Of a DNA stretch of 64,000 nucleotides, positions 11,201-26,300 are shown in pieces. The notes beneath the pieces are model-generated. The model made no database searches and was not told the origin of the DNA. It was given only the letters and a program-made list of their open reading frames with translations. How positions within the stretch are numbered: the stretch's first letter is position 1; each line of letters starts with the position of its first letter. Origin of the DNA: Zygnema circumcarinatum SAG 698-1b (Eukaryota > Plantae > Zygnematophyceae). The translations under genes were made by a program, and so were the position numbers. Location of the stretch: assembly GCA_037447605.1 (NCBI GenBank), contig CM074811.1, positions 1,860,001 through 1,924,000 of the forward strand. The letters are read 5' to 3'.

Positions 11201-14200
11201 GTTCAGAAAGGAAAATGTCGTCGCATTCAACAACGCTTATCCATTCACACCCTATGGGCGACCCATTCTTCCGCAAGGCCTACAAGAAACATGCCTTACT
11301 AATTGTTCCAAAATATTAAGAACGGTTTTGCAATAACCCATGTTGCCATCACTGTGAGGCCAGGCACACCTGCCATACGCATGTTGAAAGCTCCCCACTA
11401 GCCAGCTCATGTACGGGAATTTAGTGCTGAGCTTCAATCACCGAATGGACAACGCCCATCTAGCAATCAATGGCTTGATTCCACGAAATGGAGCCCAGAC
11501 AGACACAGTGAAGCCAAAAGCCCTTCAATAGGCACACATGTTAACTCGTCCCAAACGCAACTCACCTTCAGGACGTGCTTGCAAGAGCGCACCACCATCT
11601 CAGTGACACATAAGCGGTAAATATGAGGTAAATTCTCAGCCTCTTTCGCTACCTGAAACAAACGAAGTCATCCACCCAGTGATATTCAGTCTTTCTGAAG
11701 TGACTGCCTAAAGACTAAGTGCTCCAAGCATAGAAATGAAAAACGCATTCACTTGCAAGGGTACACACCTTGCCCAGATATCGCATGTTCACACCATGAG
11801 CATGCATGGTCTCCGTCAATGTCTGCCCATCCATTGGGGACACCTCCAGCGAGCGGAAATCCGTCACCAACTTGGGAATCGCCTTATGCAGAAGATGTTC
11901 GCTCAGCTTGCGAACCTCTGCCTCGTCTGCGGCCACCTCCTGCGCCAACACAATTACCAAAGCATGCGCTGGATTGAAACGTTGCGGATTTGCTAACATT
12001 TGTTGCCGTCTATTGAACAGATTGACTCCTTGACAGTCACAAACAAGCATTGGCGAAAAAGGTGCCAGCACTTTTTTGCAGTGATATCACATCCTGTTGT
12101 TTTAACCACAAAATAGGACAACCGATCTGACAATTACCTCGTGCACGTTACAAGTGGATCCAGCATGCAGTTGCTGATCACTGCAAAATATTGCTGATCT
12201 ATACACAAAAATCAAACTACAACATACGGAGTTTTTAAGATCTGTGATATCGGCAATGCTGACACGACGATGATTCCAAGGATGCGTCTGAGCTCAATAA
12301 AGTTGGTGAAAGCAACTGTCAAGCCTTTTATACTCAATGCTTGAGAACATTGGTGAAAAATTTACCGTCTCATCTCCGACCACTTGGAAGTCAGTCAATA
12401 TGTTCGGATTGAATACAAGGGCGGGCAATTCTTTCTTTTCGCGGAGCTCCTTCAGTTTGGCATCTGAGGGTTTCTCCGTGATGTCATTGGCCTTCATCCA
12501 ACGGTCCACTTCTTCTTCCTGCCAGAAGTTGAGCACCACCATGAGAGATAACTTCCATATACAGAATATCGATTTCAGTGAACTTTTGAAATGAATTAGA
12601 AGAACTGAATGTTATTGATAACAGTCGACACAGATCACCTAACAGAAAACCCTAACACAACTTGTTCTTTATTGAAGTGACAGTCACTGATTACATGCTC
12701 AACCAAACCGACGAAAGAATAGCAGAAGGAAAGAAACATAGAAGGCTACAATTCTTTCTCTAGGACTACATCCTAAAAATAACTCCAGAGCCCTGAACCC
12801 TGAATATAGATTGTTCAAGAATCGAGGAAAAGAAAAGTTGGGGCAAACGACTTAGCCGTCAAACCAAACACAACATGTTTGTATTGCAAGGACCACACTG
12901 AAAAAAGGATGAGTCCCCTACTTGTGCTAGCTCAAAAGCAAATATAATACTAAAGTGGAATACCGATTAAAACAGAGCATCGTGTTGAAATGGAGTTGTG
13001 CATCATGTACGTGCCTGGCAGTACGATGCCACAAGCTCAGGGCGAATGACACACACGCGGCTGCCAGGTCCCGTGTAGTTCGCGTCTCGTGGAGTAATTC
13101 TCAAAAGATCCAAAACATACTGCCTGTAGCCAGCCATAACAACATTTTCAAGCACTTCAGATTCAGAACATGTCCAGTCGCAAGATGCTGATGCACGCAC
13201 CCTTAATTCACAATCGTCATCAAGTGAGGCGTTTGCTCAGTTCCAAGATTACCTACCAACACCCAGGCTACTTGATAGCGTTACATGCGGACTCTATGTA
13301 AAAAGACAGCATAGCATTCTTCTCTCGAGTTTGATTACATAATCACAAGTCAACCCAGAACAAGTAGCCCGTCTAGGACATCAGCTCCACTGAATCCAAC
13401 AAACTTAAAAATGTCGTATGGCCAACTTCACAATTCCATTAAGGGTCTTAATTTCCCTTTCCGAATCTCCGCTGAACAGAGGCAGTTAAGGGATTAGGCA
13501 AAGAGAACATTCCGCTGTACGAGCACCTGTTGGGTCATTGCAGAATGAGCAACTCTAGCAAGTCTGAGAGCAACTCTGTGGTTCCAAATGCTGCAGCATT
13601 TTTCAGCCAGCAAATAGCATGCAAAGCCATGAGAAGGCAGGCAAAGTCCAGAATGAGGCAACATCAAAGTGGAGTGGCAATAAACACCTGTCATCGCTGC
13701 CGAGTATTCCTTTGCATTCTACAGGAATGCAGAGCTTCACCACTTCACCATTGCCATCTTTCACTGCATGCTCCTTAATGTGAAGCTGCTGGGCCACTTC
13801 CGTCATCTGTTGAGCAAACATCATTTTCATGGTTAGCAATCGACGCAGGCAAGCAAAAGTGCAGCACATGCCTTTCAGATTGTAAGAGGGTCGCCAACAC
13901 CCAACGCATGATCGACAGAGTGCCTTGGTCTATGCATGTTAAAGCAGAAACATCAGAGAAACCACATGTGGACCTTACCTTCACATGAAACTTCTCGTTC
14001 CATTTAATATGTGCACCGTTGTCCACTGAACCATACTGCAGTGCAGCAGTTTTATCACCGTACAGGATGCCAGGAATGATACTCTGCGCGATGATGGACA
14101 CCAACTGATTCAGTTAATGCCATCAGTGAAATTACCCCGCACACCGCCGGAAGTACAGATTATCTCCCCATCGCTCCATTTACTAATACAAGCTACGGAT

Positions 14201-17200
14201 GACTCAGTCTTACAAGTCTTTACTTTTTTGGATTCATATACCCTGTCTCTAACTGCAATAGCAGGCACGACAAAAAGTATGTTCTTGCAAATTCCAAAAG
14301 GACTTGAATTCCTTAGAACACCACAAAGTTCCTTAATCAGGAATTTATAAACACATTACATCCCCCTCTTCCAACAGTTCCATCCTCAAAAACCGCTGCA
14401 TCAGGAAGACCTTAATTCCTCTTTCGACTGCATGGATCCGTCGTCAACATTGACAAAAGGATCACTAATCCATAAGCGCCCGGCCAGCTTCTACCACGCT
14501 GTAAGTTCACCAGATTCAAATTCAAGGGGCAACTAGACCTTATCGGTTTGGATAAATCAGCAATGTAACTGTTAGCCTATCTATATTCCCCACCTGTGCA
14601 ATCACCCTGTGCCCTCGATAATCCACAATTGCCATGGCCAAAGTGCTAAGCCCGGAAGCATCCACGTCATTTATCAATCGAGTGCCCTTCAAGTCATTGT
14701 TTGCTGATGCGTAAGATGCTTGCTCTGTCTCCCCGACGGCTGCTGGCTGAGCTCCATCTTCCCCTTCCTTACTTTCTGCTGCTACTGTTTCCTTCCCCTC
14801 TTCAGTTGTGCTAGTTTCAGAAGCCCCACCAGTGAGACTTTCAGCTGGAATATTGCCTACTTTCTCATTGCCCTTCTCCAATGACCCACCAGCCTCTACT
14901 GATGCTGTGGTATCCGTTTTGATGCCCAACTTTACTGAATCCTCTTCTTTGTCTACCGCCGCGGCACCTGCGTCTGCCTCTGTCTTCTTCGCCGCAGCCT
15001 CTGCCAGTTGCTGCAGTTCCTTTTCTCTGATTTGTTGGAGCATTGCAAAGTCTCCATCGACTGCGTGGCTGAAAAAAATGCTGTTATGCACATACATGTG
15101 AAATCGCTCATGATCTGTTGGGTTGATGGGGGGTATAGTTCGCCCTATCACAGCTTTTGCTCCCTTGGTTGAAGCGTCAATAAACTCACACATAACCCTG
15201 TAAAGAGCTCGATCACGCATGAGGCGGTCCTGTCATACCAGAACAAGGCCCAAAACATCCAGGTTTAACTGACAAAACGACATAAGTCAAGCAATCAAAG
15301 GCCACATATAGTCTCACAACACTCTAATCACCCTGGCATACGATCTAAAATGAAACATTACACTACTGTGGGCACTTCCTCTCCCAACCTTCCAATGGTC
15401 TGGACCTAACATATGCCCGTGTCGCTCAAAGCTGCTTCTCAAGATTAGCATCACTGATCTGATAAAGAGATAATGAAACGAGCATGAGCACTGACACGAG
15501 CACCCTGAAGGCAAACCCGTTTGGAGGCACCTGCAAAGTTGTCCTGGGAAGCTCTCGACATGATTGCAACTCCTCATTCCAGTCTCGCTGCACTCCGGTC
15601 ACCTCTGTACCGAAAGGTGCCATCAAGGCATCCTCCGCGCGGGCCATGTTGCGTTGGTGCTCTGGCAAGGGGTATACCCCCAGCCACGTGTTGGGTGGAA
15701 TTGGCGGTAACATGTTCTCAAACGGATGCCTCGAGGCCTTCTTGTCCAAAACAGCCATGAATGCTGCAGGCACAGAGGTTTGGATTTCCACCGAATAAGT
15801 TGTGACATTCAACCATATCATAGACGAAGTGCACTGAGTTTCTTGCTAAGAGGATTCTTCGTTCGAGGACTATAGCTGCCTGTGACAGTCCTACGTACCA
15901 AGCTGAATTCATCTCTCACAGCCGCAAAAAGCTATTTTTAGATCCTTCACTTGTCCAAAAAACATTACCGTCGAGACGATGTGGACCATTTCAAGCTGAT
16001 CTAGTACAGAGAATGCACAGAAGTTCCGGAGAGATCCAAAGGAATCAGTTTCTCGAGAACATGGTTAGCGGACACTTTTGAGGACTGACTAGGATTCTAT
16101 TGGGATAAATTTTCACTTTGAGGTACAGAACCAAAGATGCAGGACAACTACATCGATGAAGTATCTACTACAGGCATCATCTACATCATGCTGTATTGAA
16201 TTGATTATCACCTGCCTTTTTTGCTAGCTATTCACTACGTACTAATTGATACTAATAAGGAAATCAAGTTACCACTGAAACATCTTCCAGTTGAAACATA
16301 ATTTTCATGCACGGCACAATTTGCAGTTAAGTGACTGCCTACATACCATCGCTGAATTTGGGACTTATAACGCGCAGTAATCCCACTAAGGTCGACGCCT
16401 CCTGCTTTGGTTCTACCGGTTTAGGATTCAACACAGTCCCAGAGCTGCTGTTAACCATGAAGCCGCGAGTATGAGCAGTAATACAGAAAGCCTCGCCTTC
16501 TATAGTTACCAAGTCAAAATACATTAAATCCCCTTGAAGCCTGCAAAATGGCGAATGAGACCGTAAGTGTCAGTCTTACGCATGATTGTTGCACCCGTGA
16601 CACGTCGAGGAGAGTTAATCGACTTCTAAAACAGCATACATGACATGGTCGAAAGGTCGTTGAGTCAAGAGAAGGGGTGGTACAGACATCCTTCTGCTAT
16701 GGTTACGTCTCATTGGAGAAAATGAATAGACAAGTCGAATACTCTTTGCTGGCCTATCGATTGATATTAAACTGCCGACCGTAAGCTCACAACTGCCATA
16801 GCAATACGTCTCCTAAGAGGAGGCTGGTTTCCTGAATTGGTTATCACAATCTTTAAGCCAAATTCCGCTCAAGAAATGCATCCCATTCATTTGTTTGAGT
16901 GTGCTTCAAATAATGGAGTACTAATATGGACACTTGAAAACAGTTCACATTTTGTCAATTGCCTGACTGTCACCACTACGAAGGCGAGAACATCAACACT
17001 AGAAGTTATCTGGAGAATGCCAAGACAATATACAAACAAATAAGTAGAGATTATTAAAAAGAATGACCGAACACACCTTCTATAGCCCGGAACAGGGTTA
17101 AATGAAGAATACGAAATACTTCGTAAGCAGTCACTTTCTTCCGATCCCATTTCAGGAAGTAGGCCGGCAAGCAGTCCATGACTTTGTTCAGCAAAGCCCA

Positions 17201-19377
17201 GGTTCTCAAGTTCTGCAGGAATGCCCGAAGCCCTTGCATCTTCCTTTCCTGTCCCAGGCTTTCCATCTTTTGCATCCTTCTGCTCCTTCTCCTGGATTAA
17301 AATATGGCCGACCTCATGATCTGCAGCAAGGGAGGTTGAATGGGAGGAGAACGAGCCTGCCGTGGACACCAAGTCCCTAAACTTCCGCACATGTACACGA
17401 ATGGAGCGCTCGTCAAAAAAGGCAGGGAACATCTCCAAAGAGCAGCCTCCTCCAGCAACATCGGTCACATCACCGATCTCGATGTAGTCAATTAAGTGAT
17501 ATCGCATTCCGTCTTTCGTTGTTAGGATAAGATCATAACAGGTGTAGAAGCAAGTTTCAGGTGCCTCAGCTAAGAATTGACGAAGATCCATCACTGTATC
17601 AACTGGATTCACCTGGAAATACACACCACAACTGCAATAAAATGCTCAGGAAAAGGAAAATTGTCATGATAATACAGTAAGCAAAGTAAGAAATAACATA
17701 AGCTGTCTCTGAGAAAATGCATTTGCAAAGAAAAAAAAAATAATAACCCGGCGATGGAGCAAGGACTACAAGAATGTTAAGGAAATAAAAAGCCAGATAA
17801 TTACGATGAAGAAGAGTTTCAACAAAAAATCTGCAAGGAACAGCTGAATTGCATTCCAATCTCCGTAACAAGGTCAGCAAAGACTTCCAACCAAAAATCT
17901 TCAAGAGCAAGGCCTCAGAAAGGGGACGAGCACAATGAACACGGCCTGAACCCAGGTCATCTTCATTATCCACCCGGTTCCGTCACCTGGCTCCAAATTG
18001 AAGCAATGGTTCAAGTACAATCAGCCAGCAGTTTCCATAGGCTGATTTTCTCTGGAAAGAGGTAGGCAGTTTCCTTAGGCTAGTACTGGCCTATGTGAAG
18101 GACCTTCAAACCGAGACAATTCAAAGCTTGCAGAATCTGCTAAGCAACGATGTTCAAGGCCGTTAAACTGCCAATTATTGCACTATACACATTTTGAGTC
18201 TATAAGTCATTACAATTCACAGTCCACAGTTCCGCAAGATGGATGTGAACAGCCATTTAAAAAAACATTTGGAGAGAAAAAGACAAGCTATCCTCGGTAA
18301 AACCTTGAAGCACTGATCGACCTGATCGCATTCAGGCTCTCGTTTCTTCTAAACGGACCCCTTCGAGAGGAATGGGTGGAGATGTTGGTGTACAGAAAAC
18401 GCACATACTAAGGCCTTGAAAGTCAATTGGAAGAGACTCAATAAATTTACTGGTCAGTTTCTACACTGTCAGTTAACCTCGGGCAACCCCGTCCTCACTT
18501 CAGCAATTGTGCATGGGGGCTCCAACGCTTGTTCGGTTCGTAATGAAGACAGATTCTGAGTTTCCTTATGCCTTATTGTCTTACTAAACCAAAACCTTGC
18601 TCCAATCATGTATAATCATGCACTACTAATGTAGCAACCCGAATAATTCTTCCTGGAAAAAACTTTGAATGGCCGTTCTCTCCAAATTGTAGTGTTGTGT
18701 TCCAAAAAGAGGCTTTGGCTGCAATCAATAACCGGCCTATTCCACTGACATGTGGGAGTTTTCAAAAAAAGTATTCCAATATCTCATGACTTTTTGAAAA
18801 AGTATGTACATATGAACTGAACTGATTAGCTGGGTTGTGGAGTGGGGTCCTGCACCGTCAACTAGCATAGGAAAAATGAAGAGAACAGTACCTGCAGCTC
18901 AACCTCCTCTCCACCCGGCCCTTTCACGGGCATAGGATACAAAGGCAAGTCGTCTCCAAATTCTCCACCGCCCTCTGCTGCTTCCACGGGTTCTTTCTGC
19001 TCAGTGTTGTTAGCAGCCTCCTTTTTCTGAGTGTCTTGAACCTCCTCCAATGACTTTTCTGAAACTTGCCCTTCTATGGTGCCCTCCTCAGTTGGCTTTC
19101 CTGCTGCGTCAGTACTTTCAGACTCTGTAATGAATTCTTCACTGACGCTGTCGTTACTGACAGCCACAGGTGCTGGTACTGCCTGCTTCGCATCACCAGT
19201 TTCAGTAGCTGTGGTAGCAGCTGTGGAAGTGTCCGCTTCTCTCTCAGCCTTCGAGTGCGAAGTATGAGCGTCCTCCGCCATGAGGCTGCCATCGCCATTA
19301 TGGCTTCCTCCGTTTTTAGCAGCTCCTTCAACTGCTTTTGCTGAGTTGGAACTCTTCCCAGACTTTTTCCTTGCCAT
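5241..19377 (-). CDS. CLU: Clustered mitochondria protein (CLU/FRIENDLY/Clueless family, with TPRs), multi-exon
   Basis: CLU_N ([28 protein letters not shown]) and CLU domain ([56 protein letters not shown]). Also [25 protein letters not shown] and C-terminal TPR exons. ATG 19377, stop 5241. Probable 5'UTR intron about 19384-19750. Confidence 0.95.
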
Positions 19378-19859
19378 GGCTCCTGCAACAGCATGATTAG
19401 AGGTGAAGTCAGAGCGTTTACTCCCTGCGAACAAGGAATTACCAACTTGGCTAAAAGTAGCTGAACATTACAAAACCCCGTCAGTGCAGGGCCTCAAATC
19501 CTCCCGAGCAGACTAGGCAAGAAATTCATCAAACGCCTCTTTCATGACCGTGTTTGCACAATTCAGTTACTTCACGCTAGACAGGCGCAAATTCTGAGCT
19601 CAGAAAGGAAAAACAAAACCACCACATAGCCCTGAGACGTGCCGTTTCCCTTCCCTTCACTCAGACTCAGTATCTTGAAGCAAGCACCATTCGTTCCTAC
19701 CGTCAACGCTACTGACAGCGAAGACGTGAGCAGCAGCCAAGCTCGCTTACCTCCTTCCCAGACAGTCCCCGCGCGCTCAGGCAGCGACAATTGGCAGGCA
19801 ATGCAGCCTCTCCCACAGCCTCTCTCCCTCCCTCTCTCTCTCCCTCTCTCTCTCCCTTC

Positions 19860-20387
19860 CCTCCCTCCCTCGAGGCCGGCCCAGGCCCACCGAGGGCCCC
19901 TATCCAAAACCCCGCCCGCGGTCGGCGGCCCGGTACCGTACCCGCGGGTTCAGGGGAGGGTTCGGCACTCCCAGGCCCGCCACGTCACCCTTTTGTGTGC
20001 GCCCGCATGCAGAGGCCGGAGATGCCGTACGGACTAGAGGGCGTTTCGCACCCTCGTCCAATGATGACCAGCCACGTACTTAGATGTGGTGACGTGGCAG
20101 ATGGCGGTTGGCGGGCGGTCGGGTTCCCGGACTTGTACAAGCGGGCGGCGCTACGGCGCGTGCAATTTGGCGGGTGGTGCCGGCCGGCAAGAAACAGCCG
20201 GCCTGGTCGGCGCCGGCCGGTACTGTACGAAACGGTACGGCGGGAGGAGGAGGTAAATGGCGGGAGGTCGAATGGACAGTTGGCGCCTCCCACTCTCCTT
20301 CCTCCCTCTCCCTCCCTCCTCCCTCTCCCTCCTCCCTGTCCCTCCTCCCTCCTCCCTCCTCGAGAGGACAGGGAGGGAAGGGGAGGG
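19860..20387. promoter_or_regulatory. GC/CpG-rich bidirectional promoter region between CLU and VPS16
   Basis: Divergent genes with ATGs about 1 kb apart. CT-rich leaders on both sides, CACGT cores and many GTAC motifs. Confidence 0.6.
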
Positions 20388-23300
20388 ATGGCGGTTTCCG
20401 TCGCTGCAGAATGGAGCGAAATGCGGGGCAGGTTCTATCGGAAGCGGGAGCTGTACTCCATGTCATGGCAGGTGGGCTGTTAAGCTGGAAATTTAGCTCT
20501 TTGTTTGCGCTTTACTTGGCCAGATTTCAATCAACGAATGGTCGACTTTATTACCACTTATGAAAATTCAATATGTGCGTGTCATCCTATGAAATAAGCT
20601 TTAACATTAACCAACTTTTATCTGCGTCCATTTATATTCGAGAATATTTATGAGGATAGTTAAAGTACGAGCATGTCATTTCGATCCCTATAAATGGTAT
20701 TAAATCAGGTTGAGGTTTCTGATTAAATTTTAAAATAAGAACATTAAACGTGTACTGCAGCATTTCGTTCTATTAATGCTGCGTTTGTTGACATTTGTGA
20801 ATTTGTGCCAGGCGTAAATGCTTTTGGGACAACCTACTTTTAATTAAAAATATATATTTTTTCAGATGATCTGAACAATTTTTATAAGTGAATCATATGG
20901 CATCGAGTAAACCATCACGGGATTACATTTAGATTAAAGTCACAACAACATGTGATACTTTCTCGCTAGAACTTGTACAACGCAAGACAAGCGCTTCTAT
21001 GCACTCAAAAAAAAAGAGAGGATACAATCTATGGTGGAAACCTCATTTTGCAGTCTCGACCGTTTCATTTTATTCGTTCCAGCCTCATTGGAATGCATGG
21101 CTTGCGGTGGATGGTGCAGGGATTGGATCTGCAGAACCATATTATAGCCTGTGCTCCATTCGGGGGTCCCATTGCAGCCATCAGAGATGAACGGAAACTT
21201 CTGCTCCTCGGAGTAGCCCAGACGTTGCCACGTATCCATCTTTTCACATCTGCAGGTTTGCGTATGAGCTCATTCCCATTCGATCGGCCCGGAGGTCGGC
21301 TCATTACCATGGGGTGGACGGAAGAAGAGGTGTTGTTGTGTGTTGTCGAGGATGGCACAGTGTATCAGGTGAGAGGACATTGAAAGGGTTAGCAGGGAAT
21401 GGTCTCCTGCATTTTTGGAATTGCAAACTCTTAACAACTTTTACAACAAAGGTGCGCAATGTCTAGTCGTATTCCGTTCAAAAGACATGGAGCACCAGCT
21501 TCTTTGCGACTTTGACGGCGAACGAATTGAACGTTCAATCTGTGCAGTACAATCTTCAAGGGGAGGCAATCCCGCAGCAGATTGCTTTCGGAAAGGAGTG
21601 TTGGGAACAGGGTGTAGTCCAATGCTGCGTTTGGGGATCAGGCATCGTGGCACTGACAGAGGCCAACCAGCTCTTTGCCATTCCTGACCTAAAGGTACAA
21701 TTTAATTGCAAGGCTCAGGAGAAATTGTTAGCATGTATTTGACCTATGTGAAATATTGTAGATATCGATTTCGGAATGCCAAAAGGAACAGTTTGCCTGG
21801 ACTCGTTAACAGGGATATAGCATAGCAAGCCACTAAATCTTCTCATTTTCCTATGCTGCCTTCTGCTTCGTTTGCAGGATCCAAGGCCCGTGAAACTGCC
21901 AAATGCCGCCTTGGTAGAACGTCCCCACTGTATGACAGTGGTGGAACAACAGTTCACTCTTTCAGGGCAATTTGAAGTGCTTTTGGCAGTCGGGTCAACC
22001 ATTTTGGTCATCGATGCAGATTCTGTTCATGATCAGGTTCGTTTCACTGTATTATCTTTTACTCAATTGAAAATGTAATTGTCTCGCTTACTCATGGAAC
22101 AATGCTCGTTTGTAGATATATCTGCATATACCTGATCAAGACACTCACTTCTTCCCATGAAGTGGACCTGTAGAGAGCCCTATTAACTGTTACTGGATTA
22201 TTACGACACGCTGCCTTCGTAGGGCACTCTACCCGAGCGTATCTCACATACTGACCAGTTTAGGGCGATGGGTTATTTTCAGGGTCTGTCTATAGGCCCT
22301 ATCCAGGCCATAGCAGTTGCGCCTAATGGCAGCTTCCTCGCATGCTTCGCACAAGATGGGAAGCTTTTTGTATTCTCATCTGACTTCACCAAGCAGCTAT
22401 CTCAGTTCGATACGGAGGTGAGAAATTTTAAAGGATAACCAGATCCCAGACGAAATTAAGAGAAACCATGATTTATCCCCGCTGTGTCATTGTTACTATC
22501 ATGCATATGCACTGTCATAAAGTAAAGCACTTGACTTGATTTGAAATTCGTCTTAGTCTTTTGGTTCTTTTCTGAACTTGGAGAGATTGTAACGAGACAG
22601 AGATAGCTGCAGCTAGTGCGTTGCATTTCATCTCCTTAAATGAACAGCTTCTGACTGGTGACTGACTACATCCTATCACTTGGCAGCCCTTCCAGTCAGG
22701 AACATACTGGTATCTCCTAACAGTTTTGAGGAACTTGAGGGAAAGGGGGCTTTTGCTTTGGATCGCACTGGCTAGAAATTAAAACTGCTTTTTCCTGCCT
22801 GTACGCGCTCATTGATGCATCACACCTCGACCCTGTTCTGGAAGCACCTTGTAACTCTGTTCCCAAGCATTTCAGTAGTCAATAGCACATATTATGCGGT
22901 TTGTTTTCGTATTAGCGACAAGATTCAAGCATCCACTTCCTCGCTGTCTGCCGAAGCTTTAATGCTCCTATGTTGCTATTCTTATAACAGTCAACTTCCA
23001 AGCAAACTCTGATATTTAGTGGTGGATGCTTTGGGGGGGTTGGAAGGGCAGGCAGACTCTCCTCCTGACCAGCTGGTTTGGTGCGGTGTGGACACCGTCC
23101 TACTGTACTGGGCTTCAGAGCAGACCCTTCTTATGGTTGGACCTTATGGGGACTGGGTAAAATACTCCTACGATGAGCCGCATGTGATCCTTATTCAGGA
23201 ATGTGACGGTGTGAGGATACTCACTAGCAGCACAATGGAGTTTTTGTCACGTGTTCCGGACTCCACAACAGCGCTCTTCAAAATTGGAAGCACTGATCCG

Positions 23301-26300
23301 GCGACTTTGCTATGGGAAGCATTGGAACACTTCGACAGACGCTCGGCTAAGGTTTGCACAAGACTTAGCAATCCAATTTTGGGTGTTTGTTGAAGGCCTT
23401 CCATCAGAGATTAGATGGTGAGAGCAACACTGTTTGTGTAAATACGGGGCTGGAGAGTCTTTCAGCATATTCGTTGGTGCAATGCAGGCGGATGAAAACA
23501 TTAGGCTTATAGGGACCGCTTTGCCTGAAGCAGTGGAGACATGTCTTGATGCTGCTGGTCACGAGTTCGAACCGGAGCTTCAGCGGACACTACTGCGTGC
23601 AGCTGCTTATGGCCGTGCGTTTTGCAGGTATACTGTCTTGAAAACAGATCACACTAAGCTGCTCCCAAGATGGCTCTATCTAGGAAGGATATAGGGAGGA
23701 GGAAGGAGGACGTCGAGAGGATGAAAGAGGAGGATCGGAGAAGTTTGACTACTTGTATATTAGTCGTGGGGTTTTTTTTTTTTTTTTGATAGTTGATCCT
23801 ATGGTGGCCACTTCTGTCTGCAGATGTCGCTGAGCACAAGTTGCAGGGTGCAGATCTTTCGATCACAACCTCTTTCCCGCCATGTGCAAAGCATTGCGAG
23901 TTCTGAATGCGGTTCGCCACTATGAAGCGGCAGGCATTCCTCTCAGTTACCCTCAATACCAGGTGAACAAGCATTCTTTCTCCGTTTATCTCCACGCTTT
24001 AGGAATCGTACAGGTAAACCGGTTAATATCTGCAGTAGCAGGAGTGTTGGCTTGATTTTGGATGGAGGCTTTTGGGAGCAGAAATTAAAGAGGGCATGAA
24101 TGGGCTATGTTTGAATGAGCACACGTCTATGCCGTTGGTTAGAAGTATACGTATGTCGATGGGAGGTCCAAAGCAGAGTCATACGTTATGATGGTGGCTC
24201 AATATTATAAGCTATACAGATGGACTTTGTTAGTAGTGAACCAAAAGGTGAATTTTGATATTAGGTTATGAAATTCGGCAGTGGCAGCAACGATGGCGTT
24301 TGTTTCTGGTATCGTTTTTCCAAGGCAATTAGATTGGGGTTAACTGAACGGTTCAGAACTGTTGAATGGCAGTAGTTTCTTGCACGATTCGCTGAACACA
24401 TTCAATATTGCATTGCCATCATGCTGCTCCTTCTGGTGGCAATAGACATTGATGACTCAAATCTGATTGTGGGTTTCCCAGGTATTGACTCCGCGAGTAT
24501 TAATTGGACGTTTGGTGAACGCGCATCGTCACCTACTGGCACTCAGAATCTGCCAATTTCTCGGCATGCCTGAAGTAAGGAAGTTGCTCCATTTTGTGTT
24601 TCTTATTTCTGCAGAGGTCATTTATTTGGGACATGTGGCTGGTATGGAAGAGAAACCTTGTAACAGAGGACATTTAGTTGGTGTAAACAATAAAAAATTA
24701 CGGAAGGTCCCCAATTGCAGAGTTTGTTTAAGTCAGGCTTTTTGATAGTTAGTGATGATCCTTTGTCTTCATTTATATTCTTGCATTCACTCCAGGAAGT
24801 ATACATTCTGGTCCGCGAAGTTTGGAAAAAGAGTGTAATGTCATCCATGCTTTTTTTCGGTGGTACAGGAGGATGTATTGATACACTGGGCATCTGCGAA
24901 AGTGGCAGCGACTTCCGAGGCAGCCGATGATGCCGTGTTGGAGCTCTTAGTCAGCAAGGTAACTTTTCATGCAGCTCTATCTGCTTGTTTTGAGTAACAG
25001 CAGCAACTTGAGCACATTGCATTATAATGTGTAATTAACGTTGCAACAGCATTGCATTCCTTCTTTGCTATATCTGTGGCGTCTGTTGTCTTAATCATAT
25101 CGACTTTTCCTCGATGTTGCAGCTAAAATCTTGCCCAAAAATATCATATGCTGCCATTGCTGCCAACGCCCACAAGAGGGGCCGAGCCCACCTTGCAGCG
25201 ATGCTTTTGGACTTTGAGCCGCATGCAGCGGAGCAGGTCCCCCTTTTGACGAGCATGGGGGAGGACGAACGAGCTTTAGTGAAAGCGATGGAAAGCGGCG
25301 ACACGGATCTCATGTTCTTTGCCATCTTCCACTTGTGGCGAACGGTAGGAGGCTCGAATTTCATCTCTTGTCTCGTTTGCTGGCCTTCGCATTGTGAGGT
25401 CTCAAGTCGCATTTTTGTTCATCACTTAGAAACGACCTCTATGAAACCCAGATGGATCCATGCAAAATTTATGCAAGCCCAGAAGTTAGCAGATTGAGAT
25501 ATTCACGCAAAATCAGGTGTGGAGGGCAGAGGTCCGAGAAGGACGTAATTCGCATCTTGCAAGGGAGGCCTGCTGCGCGGGAACTTTTTGTTTCGTATGC
25601 GAAGTGAGTGAGCAACCCTGTTGGCTTTATGGAGGGCTGTAAGGTCTCTGGGAAATCCCGCTTTCCTTTTACAGCGATTCTGATACAGATGGGCATAGAG
25701 CGGTTCGTGCTGACCATGCAAAGACTTGTTTGATGCTGACGGTTGGTTCTGAAAGCACGTTCGTTTTAACGATTTTGCACAGGCAGAATGAGGCAGACCT
25801 CCTGAAGCGTTTCTATGCTGCTATCGGACAGCCTCAAGTGAGTCCCTAAGTCTCTTATGCCCCTGTCCTCGATTTCGGGCCGCCTTAAAAGCTTTCTTCT
25901 ATGCAATCCTTGCTTGTTTCATGTGCTCGGTTGCTTCTGTTCCTTTAGAGCCGCTCACTGTCCTGTGAATTCTATTCCTTGGAGAATGTACAACTCTCCA
26001 TCGTCGAATGAACCCCTGTCTGAGTGTCAACCATCAGTATAGTCGAGAGTTTTCTGTTCTCTATGTTGAACCATAGACTCATTGACTTTCTCATATGCGC
26101 TACCATCACCCCCTGATATCAATGCTGCATATCCGAGTTGCATTGCAATGCAGGGAGTCGCAGAGGTCGTCCTCCGCGAGGCTTGGGCTGCAGGTAAAGG
26201 CAGCGGCGGGCCGGGCTCTCGCGGGTCTGCTTTGGGGGGAGTGCGGCTGAAGCTGGTGGAGCAGGCGGGGGAGCTGTACTCGCAAACGAGAGAACATGCC

